A stretch of DNA of 64,000 nucleotides from Podarcis erhardii. Taxonomy: Eukaryota. The notes under the pieces were generated by a model. It was not told where the DNA came from, made no database searches, and worked only from the letters and a program-made list of their open reading frames with translations. The stretch lies in NCBI GenBank assembly GCA_964252035.1, contig OZ176201.1. One strand, 5' to 3'. Below are positions 14,641-25,333 of the stretch, in pieces. Position 1 is the first letter of the stretch, and every line of letters starts with the position of its first letter. Position numbers and translations under genes: made by a program.

Positions 14641-15037
14641 TCCATAGGCAGCCTGGAGCCCTTTCTACTGCCTTTAGGTCTACTTGTGAAGAAGCACCCA
14701 TGCTTGCAGCTTGCTTGTGAGTCAGCCAATTGATTTGCTGTGGTACAAAGGGGCAAGGAAGAGATTTCAGCCTGCTGTTTTGGAACTAGAGCTCTTTCCA
14801 GATTCCACGTCTAACATTTCTCACAATGTCTGCTTGGGCCATCATGCAGAACATCACAGGGAAGCAAGTTACTCTGAATACACTGACCTACAAACCTCAG
14901 TGATTCAACCAGTATGAGCTTTACTCGCTAGTCTAAATACTTAATCTGGGGATGGGACCCTGATGGAAACTTGCAAAGAGAGGAGTTTATTATTGCCGGG
15001 GAGGCGGGGGAAAGGATCTAGCTGTTTTCCTTCCTAG

Positions 15038-15143
15038 TTCCACTGGCAGAAAGGCGTCTGATGGATGTAAAATTCCAAGATTTGACTGCTTGGCTAGCCA
15101 CCCGTGACTTGTCTCTGCGGGGGATGCTTGGAGCAACGCAGAG
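15038..15143 (+). CDS. C17orf80: C17orf80 exon encoding the first half of the ATP synthase subunit f-like domain (VPLAERRLMDVKFQDLTAWLATRDLSLRGMLGATQR)
   Basis: Acceptor ttccttcctag, phase 1. Resembles recalled ATP5MF VPxKEKKLLEVKLGELPSWILMRDFSPSGIFGAFQR. Donor AG|gtgcga is phase 2 (see findings). Confidence 0.85.
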
Positions 15144-15327
15144 GTGCGAGAGCAAATCATGCACTGTCTCTTTCTGCGCTGCTTTGGAATAGTCAGTTGG
15201 CTGGCAGGAGAGTTGAGGATGGCTGCACAGCCCTTGTTATTATGCATGAAAAAGGAAAGGCTTGATCTGTACCCTTAAAACTACTGACAAGAACAATCAA
15301 ACTGTTCCTGTCTTTCTTCCTAAACAG

Positions 15328-15441
15328 CCTGGAATGGATACTACAACAGATACATCAATGTGAAAAAGAACGGAGTGGCTGGTATCTCCATCCTGCTTCT
15401 GGGCTGCGTCCTCAGCTATGCTTGGAGCTATCCACACATTA
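15328..15441 (+). CDS. C17orf80: C17orf80 exon encoding subunit f-like YNRYINVKK motif and transmembrane helix (WNGYYNRYINVKKNGVAGISILLLGCVLSYAWSYPHI)
   Basis: Acceptor ttcctaaacag, donor A|gtaagg. Resembles recalled ATP5MF YYNKYINVKKGSISGITMVLACYVLFSY. The exact in-frame 5' boundary is uncertain (15328 vs 15350). Confidence 0.8.
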
Positions 15442-16002
15442 GTAAGGCCTTTTATCTGCATTTATCGTAGACAAGGTCACTGTTGCTTGATTTCTTGATC
15501 TTTGGTATGTGGGGTTCCTGCTGTTCAAGAAAGCAACCATGCAAACTCATGTACAATGCCTTTGGATTAAAGACTTGATAACTTTTTTCCACTATGCTTA
15601 AGCGACTTAAGGTTCAAAAACTGTTCCAAGAATGCCCTTTAATCAGAAAGTAGCTATACCCCTAATCAGTAACTATTTGTACAAGAAGACTACTTTGAGG
15701 AGTGGATGGAGGGTGGTAGACCAGGGGTGCTCTCCATCCCTGAGTTGGCAACTGATGTTTAGTCTCTGCTCTTTGCACCCAATCCAAAGGGAAAGTTCTT
15801 ACAAGACGTCTGTGGAGCATAGCTGAGAAATATATTGCTGCTCTTTTACGAGAAGCTCTCTCACTGCACAATCGTATAGAAGCTTATTTGAAAATAAGTC
15901 CCGTTGCTTTCAATTATACATATTGATGAAATGGCAGCAGAAGTATAAACCTCCACATTTTTATAGCTTTAATTTTGGGGTTTTGTTCTCTCCCAATGAT
16001 AG

Positions 16003-16016
16003 AACACAATCGCTGA
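16003..16016 (+). CDS. C17orf80: C17orf80 terminal coding exon (KHNR*)
   Basis: Pyrimidine-rich acceptor ending atgatag at 16001-16002. AA CAC AAT CGC TGA CAG AAA TAC CGC aligns to the subunit f-like KHxRWxKYH terminus. Confidence 0.7.
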
Positions 16017-16932
16017 CAGAAATACCGCTGGCAAGAGAATGCAAGAGAATGTGGCGGAAGGAGTTGGCATTCAAGCAGATTTGGACCTTGTTCCACAGGT
16101 TTGTTCCAGGAGGAAAAAGACAAGCTGAAAAATTCTGCAGAAGACACTAGAAGTACTTTTGTTCTTGTTACTTAGCAGCAACATCTACATAAGGACTTCC
16201 ATCTGGAGGCTCTTGAGAGATAGTCATCAGTCTTGGCCTAGAGCAGCCTTCCTCAGTGTGGTGTCCTCCAGAAGTTGAATAGCTCCTGTTAGACATGAAG
16301 GAAGCTGTGATACAAAAACATCTGGAGAGCTGCAGATTCCCCATCCCTGTTCTAGACAGACTAGCAACAACTGCAATGTCTTGTGATTGTTGACAAGAGC
16401 CAGCAGCAGTATGAACTCACAGTTGTTGACTACTATTAAACAAGAAAATAACTATTTATCTTCTACTTTTCTGAATATATGAAGTCTGCTCAGGTTGCAT
16501 AAAAGAAGATGGTATTAGTCTCATGTGGGAATCTGAGTGGAATTAAAATGCAGCTGTTTTTCTTTAGGGATGATTGGACCTTTCATACCCCATTTTTTGA
16601 GAAGAACTGTGGATCTGGTCTAGCCAAGCCCAGTTTTAATATGCTTTTATCCTGGGTATTAAAATGTATTTTGCATACACACAGCCTTTGGTACTGTGGC
16701 AGGTGAATGCATTCTTTATTTTAGGTTGTTATTAGACACAGACTCATGACATTGCTAATGATGAGACGTATTTCCTGTGCCTGTACACTTGAGCTGTCTT
16801 CATGGGAGTTTAAAAAAATATATTTAGTTTAGTCAAGGGCAAAAACTTCCCCACTTTATAACACTCACGTAAACCTTTGAAAAGAACATCAGTGCAAGGC
16901 TGCTTCTTCATAACAATAGCCTGTCTTGCATT

Positions 16933-17229
16933 GTTGTTGTTTAGTCACTTAGTTGTGTCCGACCCTTCATGATCCCATGGACCAGAGCATACCAGGCACT
17001 CCTGTCTTCCACTGCCTCCCGCAGTTTGGTCAAACTCATGCTGGTAGCCTCAAGAACACTGTCCAACCATCTCGTCCTCTGTCGTCCCCTTCTCCTTGTG
17101 CCCTCCATCTTTCCCAACATCAGGGTCTTTTCCAGGGAGTCTTCTCTTCTCATGAGGTGGCCAAAGTATTGGAGCCTCAGCTTCAGGATCTGTCCTTCCA
17201 GTGAGCACTCAGAGCTGATCAGCCCTGAG
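16933..17229 (-). mobile_element. BovB (RTE clade) LINE 3' fragment
   Basis: Encodes MRREDSLEKTLMLGKMEGTRRRGRQRTRWLD; (CAA)n tail; 11-bp TSD tgtcttgcatt (16922-16932 / 17230-17240). Confidence 0.92.
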
Positions 17230-19330
17230 TGTCTTGCATTATTATTTCTTATTTATCCATTTTCCTTCGACGGGCGATGAAGATCTAGTGGCTTATTTGT
17301 AAGAGTAAACGGGCCCCTTCCATAATTATATTGCAGGATGAAGAATAGCACCATCCTAGATTGTGGGTGGGTTTCACCTAACAAGCCTCATCCATTTCCA
17401 CTTGTGCAACAGCTTTCCATTGACATACTTGGATCTACTTCCAGCCTGCTATGCCATTTGTGTCTCTGGGTGACTGTTCAAATGGAAGAACATAAGAAGA
17501 GCCCTGCTGGAGCACCCTGTTCTCACGATGGTCAACCAGATGGCCATGGGAAGCTCACAAGCAGAACCTGAGGACAGGATTATTTGGGTAGGAGAAAGTG
17601 CTTTCAGTGAATAATGTGTATACAGTCTCGGGCTTAAGAGCATTCTAGCACCAGTGAAGATGGAATGGTTTCAACTAGTCCATGTTGACCAAGTGTCCCA
17701 AAGCAGCCTACAGCGCTACAGTAATAATGGATTTTAGAGCGTACTAAAGCTGAGCAGGAGTAACATCAATAATGTACTGTTCCATTTCTGGAGGAAGAAA
17801 TCCATGCCAATAACTAGCTAAGATGCCCTTTTGAGTAGAAGCTCGCCAGACAAAAGCGAGACGCCGATTTAAATCAGGGCTGACTCTTTTGTACTCAAGT
17901 CACAATGGATTTATAATTCTGTAGTTGTGGAAACCCCACACCTGCAATTAATTGCTGGGTCTTTATTGCAAACATTTCACTTCCAGCACTTGATGAACAG
18001 CAGGAAGTATATTATTGCCACATTTTACACGTTCCTGTGAAACTTAATTTGACTTGCTTGCAATATAAATCCTGAAGATTTTCCTAGCTTTTTGGCTTGG
18101 GGCTGCATTTCTTTTATAAGAACACAACTGGTCGTCCTTTTTTCTTTGCTGCTAGACCTTTGCCAACTGTTGCTTTTAAATGATTTGTAGCTCTCTCGGC
18201 TGGAAAAGTGAAGGGAACAGGTGCTTGGTAAATCCTAACTGCCATTGTTGAGGTGCCATCTTAATCTTTGAAATAGTTTCTGTACCATGTGGGGATATAG
18301 CACAAGCCAGGGGAAAGATTCCAGTTCAGAATCTGAATGTTTTGTGGGAATGAACATGCCTCTTGCAGTACGTTACAATAGCCTGCAGATGGTGATCAAG
18401 TGTCAGTATAGAAGACAAGCGTGTGCATGGTGATGACATGTAAGTGTTGATGAGATGCTTTGCTTGACAGGTATGTGCCACCTGGACTTGTCTATCATGG
18501 CAAGAAGGGAATTTATGGGGAGAACATCCTAGCTGCTAGGAAGGTTTCTCCACCTTTCCCAATAACATGCTTGTGTGGCTGCTTGCTGTTGATTTACTGT
18601 GCCTGAGGTTCCCAAATGTTTTTGCAAAGCTTGTCTTTCAGAAACTGGGGGCCCAGATAAACCCCACAATCTCATCATGTTAGGAGACCCCCCCTCGCAG
18701 AGTGACTATCCCCAGCATCCTTAACAAACTGCTGAAAGTCCCCAAGGTTTTGGTGCAGTTGTGAATTCTGTTCATGCAATCAAAACCTAGAGGTCTATGC
18801 CTTCCACCATCCTGAGCTACAGGGTTGCTGCTGCTCTCAGTAAGCATCCTGCAAATATACTTGGGCCCTCCCAAGTCCTGCATACACACCCCTCTATCCT
18901 ATCTGTTGGGCTCCCAGTGCAGTGACTCCACCCATCTTTTAGGGGCCGCAGAGGATGAGGGAAGTGGGTTTGAGACTTCTGTGGCATGCCAGGTTGCTCT
19001 ACTGCAAACATGCCAAGAAGGGCTGACTACTTTTATGTTCTTATTCCAGTGCAGCTTGCTCAAGCTTTCTAGATACACAGTCACAGGTTACTGCTGGGGA
19101 CGTGCAAATAGGTGACTCTGAACATGGTTCTTACATCATGGAAACCAGGCCTGGTGTGTTTCATTTCCTTCAGTCCACAGTGGAGCTCTAGAAGGCATGC
19201 ACATAGTCTCTTATCTGCTATTCTCACTGTTGCCTAGTCACCACAAACTTGAAGACAATACCCTTTGTGGGAACTTGCATGGTTTGGTGGGAAATTCCCA
19301 TTATCCATATGATGATGTCTGCATCTTGAC

Positions 19331-19554
19331 CAGGGGTCAGCAAACTTTTTCAGCAGGGGGCTGGTCCACTGTCCCTCAGACCTTGTGTAGGGCCGGACTA
19401 TATTTTGGAAAAAAAATATGAATGAATTCCTATGCCCCACAAATTTCCCAGAGATGCATTTTAAATAAAAAGACACATTCTACTCATGTAAAAACATGAT
19501 TTAGAAGGCGATTGGGCCGGATCCAGCCCCCATGCCTTAGTTTGCCTACCCATG
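19331..19554. mobile_element. hAT non-autonomous element
   Basis: Ends CAGGGGTCAGCAAAC / GTTTGCCTACCCATG; perfect 8-bp TSD atcttgac. Confidence 0.9.
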
Positions 19555-21796
19555 ATCTTGACTTCTCCATTAAGTGGTACTCTCTGGACTCCAGATCCTT
19601 TTATGAAATAAGTAAAGTATCACTGTTCCAGGTGTAAATTCTTGGATCACAACTGCTGCACTGTGACAAACAGCTGGGGAGGTTTTAATTTGATTTTAAA
19701 AATGGATATCTGAGAGTATGTATTGCTGATACTGAAGATTTTTTGAAAAACCAAGTGGCCTCCATGTGTACTTTAAAAATATATAATGAAAACGGTATTA
19801 TTACAGTTCCCTGCCTGAGGATTTATGAGGGCTGTAGTTGCAAGCAACTCTTGGCTACTATGCCTGGGATATTTTAGTTTAACTGACAATGTATCCTTGT
19901 ACATGTTTACTTGGAAGCCCACTGTAAGTGGAAATTGCATCCCTAAATCACCTTACAACATTTTTCATACTGCAGGAAAGGCTCAGTGATGCTCAAATGC
20001 AAACCAATTCTTCAGCAAAAACCAACTTTGATTAAAGGTAGCTTCTTCTGTGTCTGCCCCAAAACAAGTTATACAAAGTAAATTAAATTCCCAGTTGGAT
20101 TTCCATCTGCCGCCTCCGGGACTCTCACTATGTAATAGATCATTCATAACTAGTCCAGAATTTGATAAGAAGCAAATGGTGGCCTTTTTTTTTTAAAAAA
20201 AAAGTGTTTTCCAGATAAGTGACCGGTTTTGCTGCTTTGCATAGTATTGAGTTCTCCATCACAGGATGCAGAAAGGAAAGAACTGATTTGGCAGAGAGAT
20301 TTTATAACCCTGCAGAATGAGGTCATTTTCTTTGACAGAATTGGCTTCTCTGAAACCATCAACCCAGGGAATGGTCTCTGCGGCTCATGACATAGACAAC
20401 AAATGACACGGCTTTTGCATTTTCGCTTGGACTCAATAGGCATCAAAAAATATAGGTCACTGGCTAATTGGGTGCTAAAAAGGTAGAGGCTATGTCAATA
20501 ACACAAGATCAAATGTTATTGATGAGCTGTTTTCAGGGTAATTCTCTGTCACGGAAGTAACAGCTGGAGGGTCAACCTGTTCCCTTGAGACTACAACCTG
20601 TTCCCTTGAAAAGTGTGGATCTATCCCTTGTGTCGAAAGGGAAGCTTGGCTAGAGCTTCAGGCAGTAATCTTGCATCTGCTTCCAGCTCTGGAAGTCCCA
20701 ATCCTTGCAAAAGACATCAGGGACATGAGCGTTGCTGGATTCAACATTGTTACAGTAGGGCTGAGAACAAAAAGAGAAAAGCTATTCAATTGTGTCCGCT
20801 GTCTATATTTATTGGCAGCAAAGTGCAACTGGTCTCAATGGGATAGATATTAAGATGGGCCAAAATCTCCTTTTGAAACCAGTGCGACTTAGCAATGCTT
20901 AACTTTGGCAGGACTGAGACTGTAATGGTTAGGGGGCTTAAGACAAGAAATGTGTTGCAGTTGTGGGGCTTGCGCAAAAGGCAACAAGGGTTCCCAAGAG
21001 GACAGTGTTACTGTAAAGTTGATGTGGCATTCCTAGTTTTCCAAAAAGGATGTCACTTAATTACTAAGCATTCAGCGCTGCGGTGGTTGCCTGTAGCCTT
21101 TTTGGGTATAGCTGTCACCCCCTCCCTTCCTATTTAGATGAGAGCACAGCAGTGCTCTCTTAAACTGCCTGCTCAGCAACCCATGGCAAGCTTTCTGCTC
21201 TGTCAGCCTGCAGCAAGTTCGTGCTGCCAAATGAGTCTTAAAGACGACAGGTGTCTCAGAAGATAGTGTTTTCAATGATGATGGTGGTGATTCCCTTCTC
21301 TGACAATCCGCTCTCGCTACTATTGCCCATGCTCCACCTTTCCAGGTATGTCTACGTGATCGCTCCAAGTAAACATGGCTACTTCGGGGAGTTCTGAGCC
21401 CAGAGTCCCAAGTTTCTTGTTCAGTGATGCTGCTGTCGCAAGAACCTAAGAGCGAACTTGTGGGATCAGGCTAGTCCAGCATTGTTTTCACAGGTGCCTA
21501 TGGGAAACTCATAAGCAGGATGCAAGCATTCCACCCCCCTGCAGCTGGTATTCAATGGCATCCTGCCTCTGATGCTGGAGAATACATGGGGCGTTGCTCT
21601 TCTTATTCATTGACCCTTCTGCTGCAAAGCAAATGCTGAAGACAATGGATGATGTTTGTACTCCCCCTCCCCCCTGCTCCCATTTCTTTGTAGGCTCTGC
21701 ATGGTCCACCCTCCCTGGAAAGGCCAAAACACTGTGGATTTGGCAGAGAATAGAGAAGTGGAGGAGCTGAGAGTCCTGAGCTCCATTTTTCATCTA

Positions 21797-22022
21797 CAGT
21801 GGTACCTCGGGTTACAGGTGCTTCAGGTTACAGACTCCGCTAACCCAGAAACAGTACCTCGGGTTAAGAACTTTGCTTCAGGTTAAGAACAGAAATCGCA
21901 CAGCCGCGGTGCGGCAGCAGCGGGAGGCCCTATTAGCTAAAGTGGTGCTTCAGGTTAAGAACAGTTTCAGGTTAAGAACGGACCTCCAGAACGAATTAAG
22001 TTCTTAACCTGAGGTACCACTG
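21797..22022 (+). mobile_element. Tigger/pogo-like MITE
   Basis: TA TSD and CAGTGGTACCTC TIRs. Confidence 0.92.
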
Positions 22023-22027
22023 TATTA

Positions 22028-22372
22028 GGGACGCGGGTGGCGCTGTCCATTAAACCACAGAGCCTAGGACTTGCTGATCAGAAGGTTCGAGTCCCTGCGA
22101 CGGGGTGAGCTACCGTTGCTCGGTCCCTGCTCCTGCCAACCTAGCAGTTCAAAAGCACATCAAAGTGCAAGTAGATAAATAGGTACCACTCTGGCGGGAA
22201 GGTAAACAGCATTTCTGTGCACTGCTCTGGTTCGCCAGAAGTGGCTTAGTCATGCTGGCCACATGACCCGGAAGGTGTACACCGGCTCCCTTGGCCAATA
22301 AAGCGAGATGAACGCTGCAACCCCAGTTGGCCACGACTGGTCCTAATGGTCAGGGGTCCCTTTACTTTACCA
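22028..22372 (+). mobile_element. Sauria SINE, full length
   Basis: gggacgcgggtggcgctg head through ggtcaggggtccctttac tail. Confidence 0.92.
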
Positions 22373-25327
22373 CTATATTGCAAACCATAGCTCATTGAGG
22401 GCCTAGACTCATGCCTCTTAAAGGTAGGTAGCTAGATGCTCACATGTGGTCAAGAGGCTCCACTTCTAAGTGAACTCTCAGTCCCCAAAGTAGGCCATTA
22501 GTTGTACATGCTCCACCCAGCACAGCACCCAAGGGATTATGGGCATAGCCTTCTGACTTGAAGATGCCTCTAAGGTATCAAGTGAGCCTCTGGGAGAAAG
22601 TGGCATGGTCAAAATTTCAAGTCTGCAGCCTCAGTCTCTGCATATGTAAAAATATTCTAACCCAAACACACAGCTGAGCAAGAAAAAACAACCCACTTTG
22701 AACTATGACACTACTTTGCTTCCAAAGCCGACCCCCCTACCTCAAAACAACCAAGGCTTCAACTTCAGCATCTCCTTTGGTTATTTTGGCTCTGAAAAAA
22801 ACAACAACCTAGTTTCTACAGCTGTCTGGCTGGGAGACAAAAAATGGAAAAGGGCTCATCTTCCAAACTAAGAGACAAAAGTGCAGTAGTGGAAAGAGGT
22901 TTAATTTAGCTCCTTGGCAAAGTTTTCAAGTACCTTCATTGCAGGAACGTTGGTTTGGGGGGGATATAATTTGGTAACTCTATATGCACAGATATACTTC
23001 GCCACTACCCTGGGTGACAGCTCCATAATCAAGGACCGGATCACTAAGTCAATGGAAGACGATGATGTGTTTTCCTTCACTCTGCAATTGTATTCCCAAG
23101 TTGGCAACAGATGAACGTGGGTGGGTATGCAGAGAGCCTTTTCCACAGTTTTCCACCTGTAACCTTTGTGCCAACCTTTAAAATAATTTGCATGAAGATG
23201 GAAGGATATCACTCCTCCATTATTTGAAAGAACGTATGAAAACATCTGCTGGCAAGGTACTGCCTGATGACATCCCTCGTAACTTGGAAATAAGCTTGAC
23301 TTCTCTCCTAACCACAAATTAATGCCGTTGAGGGAGTATACTGACTTCCTGCAAACTAGCTGTACAGAGTCAAAGCTGAACAGAGCATAATCTGCATTAA
23401 TTTATCCTAAACGGGGGACACAATCTGTTGTCCCCTGGAGTCAAATCCAAAACTTCCAGGGCATGTGTGCATTTCATATCTCCAAACCGTACTTCCAACC
23501 CTGCATTGCCTCTTCTCTGGAAAGCCTGTCACATAGAGCAGAGGACTTTCCCCTTTATCTGACCATGCGCCCACAAACCACTGCATTGGCTGTTTAGTAA
23601 ACAGAAGGCTGAACCTGCCCCAATTCAGCTGAGCACAAGGGCCTCCCCCAACCAGCTGCCGCTGTTGTTTCTTTCACAGAACAATGGATCAGTGTCCCAG
23701 GCTAGCATTTCCATTGTATTGAGTGCTGGGTTTCAGATAGATCCTGCATTGTCTGCTCTTGCATTTGCCTGCAAAACAGGACTTGACTCTCGTAACATGC
23801 TGGAAAAGTGGATGTAGGGCACCGATATCCTTTGGCATTGCTCTGTGCTGATCGTTCCATGCCGCCCCCCTTTCCTCTTACAGTAACACTATGGCTGCTA
23901 GCTGCTTGCATTTAAAATATCCCTTGCTTGGGTTTTCTCCAGAGCCTGTTCTCACAAACGCTTGAGGCTGCAGTGAGCTGAGGAAGCTAGACCTGTAAGC
24001 AGGCTGCCATAGCACAAGGGGAACCCGAGGCAAGCCAACTCCCTGCGAGATCCATCTGCTGAAAACAAACTTGCACTATTGTTGGTTTGACAGTAGGCTG
24101 TTAAGTGCTGAGAGGGGGACACAAAGATCCGATAAATATTCCCAGGGCGACAGAAAGTTATGAAACCAGCAGTGCGTAGGTTCCGCACACTGTGTGTTGT
24201 ACAGTGCAGTGCCTGGGGCATTGCTGAAAAGGCTCTTTATGGAAGGAGGCAAGCAGGCTGTGTGGGAACTGGGGGCTTGGGGTGAGGCAGATAAGGTCAC
24301 GCCTTGAGCGAAAGCAGCTGCGCGTGGCTGGGACGCCGCGCTCTTCAGACGGATGGATGCAACTCACAAGTGAGACGGCTAAATGCGGTGCTAGAAAGGA
24401 GCTGGATTCTCCCACACCAAGGAGATGCAAGCTTATGACTGGAGAGGTGCTTTTGAGAAACTCTTTTAAAAGGAAGAGGAAGTACAGTTCAAACTCAGCT
24501 CCTGGGCATCATAAAAGGGTTTCCAGGCAACAAGTATTTCTACATCTCCGAAAAGAATGCTGCTGTCCCAAGTTTCATTTTACTGTGACATCATTAGATT
24601 ACACCAGCTCTGCATAACACATGACCTATATAGGGTGCCCCCCTCCCCAGGCTCAATAAATCTGTTTTTGACTGTGAACACGGTGGTGGAGGTGGGGACT
24701 CCTCCTGGAAAGCCTTGCTACAGGGTTAAAGTCACTTGTGTTTGCTATGGTAGGTCAACAGTGCAAACCTGGAGTCTACTCTTTGTGTGGGGCTAACAGC
24801 ATGTATGTGGGTCAAGGTGTCCCTAAAGTTCCAGCCTTACGCTGCGTGATGCTGCTGATCTTTCCCACCCTACTCCTGTGACAAGTGAAACCCGAACCTA
24901 TACACACTAAGGCAGGAGGCAAGCCCCCATTTTGCATGGACCGTAAGCCCTAATAAGTCATTCACAACAGTGCATGGGGTTATAAACTATATATATATAT
25001 ATATGTGGCAGTCTAGTGTCTAGTATCAGTGGCCACTCTTAACCTTCCCCCTTTTGAGCAGGAGGATTTGAAGGGGGGGTTCCAAGTGCATTCAGCTGTA
25101 AACACTTTGAATTGGCCTTCAGACCTTCACAACACTTTATAGTTGAGAATGGAGGGGCTAAATCCATGTGTCCCCACAATCCCACTTTGTTGTTAAAACA
25201 GAACATCTTTTCCAAACTGCCTCTTTTTCCCCTAAAGAAGTATGTTTAGCTGTTTTGTTAGGCTTTGTAACAGTTTTAACTGTTTTGTTGTTGTTTTAAA
25301 AAAACCCCAGTGATTTTCTTTTGATTA

Positions 25328-25333
25328 TTTATT
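25328..25333 (-). terminator. Probable CDC42EP4 polyadenylation signal (AATAAA), giving a 3' UTR of ~2.2 kb
   Basis: AATAAA on the minus strand followed ~25 nt downstream by a G/U-rich ggggtttttt tract. Inferred, no transcript data. Confidence 0.5.

Noticed and set aside
18680-18889. VCMQDLGGPKY and (20150-20446) KSRVICCLC as CPSF4L remnants
   Set aside because: Too few matching residues and no compatible exon structure.
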